Shown: positions 60,801-64,000 of the stretch, one piece after another
Layout: each line of letters opens with the position of its first letter
How positions within the stretch are numbered: the first letter of the stretch is position 1
Assembly: GCA_965645245.1 (NCBI GenBank)
Contig: OZ287085.1
Coordinates: 1,302,001 to 1,366,000 of the forward strand
Length of the DNA stretch: 64,000 bases
From: Massalongia carnosa
Lineage: Eukaryota
Reading direction: 5' to 3'
Translations under genes and position numbers: made by a program
The notes under the pieces: model-generated
Databases searched by the model: none
Seen by the model: the letters and a program-made list of their open reading frames with translations, nothing else
What the model was told of the DNA's origin: nothing

Positions 60801-61811
60801 ATCATCGTTTCCAGAGAACTTGTTTAGTCCTGAATGATCGGTAAACAGATACATCATGTCCTTTCCCTCTTGTATTGCTGAACGCTGCTTCACCATCTAA
60901 CTTCTCATGTGAGCTAATTCAACGCTTAGATAATATACCTACCTCGATTCTTGCGCGCCCATCCATATACTCATTCTGCAATTTCTCGTAAAAACACATC
61001 ATGCGTAGATCCTTGTATCCGACTGCAAAGTCAAGTGCTAATTCATACAGATCTTTATCGCTTGGCTTCAAGGACTCCACCAGAGACGGATCGTTCCTCT
61101 TCAGCTTGGCAATAAATGCTGCGTAGCCTGCAATTTCAGTCCCTCCATGAGGTGTCCCGAGAAATATGATACCCGCAGTTGACCGTTTAATATCCTCATA
61201 ATTAGGTCGATTACTCGCGAGCACCAGTGACTAGCCTCCAAGTCAGAATTATGATACATGATATTTTGACTGCGTGAATACAAGCCTGCTTGATCACCAA
61301 TCCACCCATACTATGACCAATGAAAACGATCGGTCGACGAGTAGCCTAAAGACAATAAGCGAGATTGAAATGTATTCACAGAGCATGTTCAATAAGACGA
61401 ACATTTATTTTTTTTCTATCATGCTGTAACGCGCCGAGCAGTTGTTCTCCCAATTCTCGAAGACTTGTTTTGACACCCTTTCGATAGGTGTACCAGTCTG
61501 ACAAATAGCTAAACGTAGCAATCCGTGCATTGGGCACACAGTTCGGAAGCAAATCTCTCAGCCACATTACTTGCTTAACCTCTTGATCTTCTATCAATAC
61601 TTTCTTGACCCAAGTAAAGTATGGACTCGCGCCGAGCCCTTGCACGGCAATGATACTGACCAGTGATCAGCACTAAAGTCAGAATCAGGAGGCCTTGATA
61701 TGTTTACTCGATAGCCTCGTCTGAGGTAGCCTTGCTGTCTTCCCGCCCCGCAAATTCGGAATGCCATACGTAAAGGCCCATGATTGCATCGTCTGACGGC
61801 CGAGAGGTCAT
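57900..61811 (-). CDS. Fungal NLR-like protein: SesB-like alpha/beta-hydrolase, NB-ARC, TPR repeats; one 1-bp frameshift in the repeats
   Basis: IIAVQGLG, WLRDLLP, FIGHSMGG, IFLGTPHGG; Walker A GLGGIG[intron]KS; WLMILDNADD; LITSRD; IPLAITQA; MHRLVQ; 42-aa TPR units; ATG-TCC reduced to AT-TCC at ~58460. Confidence 0.88.
58070..59210 (-). repeat. TPR tandem array, 126-bp unit, 9 near-identical copies plus a capping repeat
   Basis: LAST(YR/FW)NQGRWKEAEEL(Q/E/D)VQVMRT(S/R)TRVLGEEHPDTLTSM(A/S/D)N. Confidence 0.97.
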
Positions 61812-63117
61812 CTTTGCAAATACCTCAACACCTGACGTGGGAGTATAGTCGTCAGATGGAGTATAATCGAAGAGTAGGAGGATGTAGCCTTGTGCAAATA
61901 CGGTTACAGACTTGTCTCATTGAAAGGGTCGGATCATATAACGCTAAGCTTCTTTGCCGCTTAGTGGATAGATACGTAGCTGCGTATACATACAAGTAGT
62001 ATAACGTTAAGGCTGTTGGAGGCTCGATGCACCTAAATAAAGCCCGTCATGTGAATTCAAAAGAAGTTCCACATCAAAGAACTGTGATGATTAAATCACT
62101 AAATTTATACATTGTAAAATTGAGCTTTATAGAATTGTTCTTTTAACATCAAGCTGTTTGTATAAAGGTTTTGAAGCAGTAATATTGAAGTGTTATTTTT
62201 TGAAAAATCTCTAAAACCTTTGCATTTCTAGACATTTGACGGTCTCGCTTGGTTTGATATGAAACTTTTTTTGGCCCCGCGTGCCCGTATTCTAAGCAAC
62301 AGGTATGTTATGCCCTTAGCGGTTAATACATCAAGATTTAGTACGCGTATGAAGATACATGACATGTAACTGTTCAACCAAGTATGTAAATCGACTCTAT
62401 CTACTGGGTTCCTATTCTTCTGATTTGAATTTTATCGAGCATGTTTGATATATATTCACATAATTCGTTTATCAAGAAAATTCAAAAATCGATTCGATAG
62501 TTAATAGTAATACTAAAATCTGCGCGATATTTTGAAAAGCGTGGAAAAAAACATGAATCTTAATAAATGAAGAAATGTTGAAAAATTTAATAAAAAGCAT
62601 AAAAAGAATAATTAAAACGGGCATTCAATCGAGAAAATGATTTACGATAATATAATAAAAATATATTTCTCAATTCAAATTTCTTGTTAAAATATATGTA
62701 AGTATCTTAAGAAATTTCAAGACATCAAAATAACAACTTGACGGTTGATAATTCAAAGTAGTGAAGGAATAAAAAGTTGATGAGGAGGCTGTTGGAAACT
62801 TTTGACCTAGTGCTGTCCTGTGCTCTAGCCCCACTTTATTCGGATTCGCCGGCTTTAATAATCACAAGTTAGTGCTTACTGTAGTTAGGGTTACAACGTG
62901 CCGCGAATAGACATAAATAACATACTCGGAAGCAATGCACTGTCATCCTGACTCCCTCCCCCTTACCTCATAGGTCGAATATTGAAGAGCTCTAGAGCGA
63001 TGTCATAAATTCAATAACACAAGCCCCATCCTCTCCAACTCCCAAATTCAAACATCCATCCCAGATTAGAAGAAGAAGACCTACAAGTATCCCTAATCAG
63101 AAAAGAAATTGGTCAAG

Positions 63118-64000
63118 ATGACTCTAATCGGCTCTGTCCTCCGCCAGTTTGTCTCAATCCCCTCGCTCCCCTTGACTCTCAGCCTCGGAGGCCAAACGGT
63201 CCTGATTACGGGCGGTAACACTGGTTTGGGGCTGGCCACGGCGCGCAAGTGCGTCGGACTAGGCGCCGAGCGAGTGATTCTGGCAGTGCGTAGCATGGCC
63301 AAGGGCGACACGGCAAAGACCTCAATCCAGCAGTCGCACCCATCATCACTGACCAAGATCGACGTTTGGGACGTGGACCTACAGTCCTTCGAGTCCGTCC
63401 TGGCGATAGGGAAACGTGCAGCCTCCCTCCCGCGGCTAGACGTCGCGCTACTCAATGCGGGCGTGTTCAAGTTCGAATGGTCAACGTCAACGAACGGCTT
63501 CGAGACGGGCCTCCAGGTGAACCACCTCGCCACGGCGCTGCTCGCGCTCACGCTGCTCCCGACGCTTAAGAAGACCGCCAGGGACGTAGGGCGGCCATCG
63601 CGCCTGACCTTCACCTCGGCCGAGACGCACATGTTCACCAAGTTTGTAGAGCAATCGGCGGAGAATTCGATTAGGCAGCTAAACAAGGAGGACCTGTATA
63701 AGGACGCCATGGACCGGTACTGCGTCACTAAGCTGCTGAACGTATTCTGGGCAAGGGAGCTCGCGTCACGCACGCCGCAAAGCGAGGTGATCGTGAATTA
63801 CTTTAATCCGGGCGCTGTAGACACGGGGTACGTCTGGAATATCCGCTCTAAGTCCTCTCGGAATGCTGTCCTCCTTTAGAGATGGCATTGCGGATAATCC
63901 TACCTCGTCGAACACAAAAGAAAAAGAAGAAAAAAAAAAGGAATACTAACCTCGCGTTTGAACTTACTAGAATTCACAGGGACGGGAATTTCCTCATCCG
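63118..64000 (+). CDS. Short-chain dehydrogenase/reductase (retinol-DH-like), runs off window
   Basis: TGGNTGLG Rossmann motif, LNAG, YCVTK catalytic YxxxK, NPGAVDTG; intron 63828-63970 restores DTGIHRD. Confidence 0.92.

Noticed and set aside
63093..63773. 226-aa antisense ORF opposite the SDR gene
   Set aside because: Typical antisense shadow of a GC-rich coding strand

Overview
Fungal (filamentous ascomycete-like; short GT-AG introns with CTAAC-type branch sites) transposon-rich accessory region. About two thirds of it is nested mobile DNA. There are five Ty1/copia elements (one intact, three degenerate, one cut off by the window edge), all with the half-tRNA(iMet) primer site GGTTATGAGCCC. 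There is one intact chromodomain Ty3/gypsy with a Tf1-type self-priming site and a -1 frameshift signal, plus a degenerate gypsy, a 5'-truncated LINE, pogo/Fot1 and Mutator transposase relics, and two copies of a short CTAG-bounded non-autonomous element, one of which carries a phosphatase gene fragment. Between the TEs lie two NLR-type genes with highly homogeneous C-terminal repeats: a NACHT-ankyrin gene that looks intact and an alpha/beta-hydrolase-NB-ARC-TPR gene with one frameshift. Also present are a head-to-head pair of a PD-(D/E)xK-like nuclease gene and a kinase-like pseudogene, a possible DUF3435 (Starship captain) remnant, and an SDR oxidoreductase at the right edge. Family names are from motif recognition by eye, not database searches.
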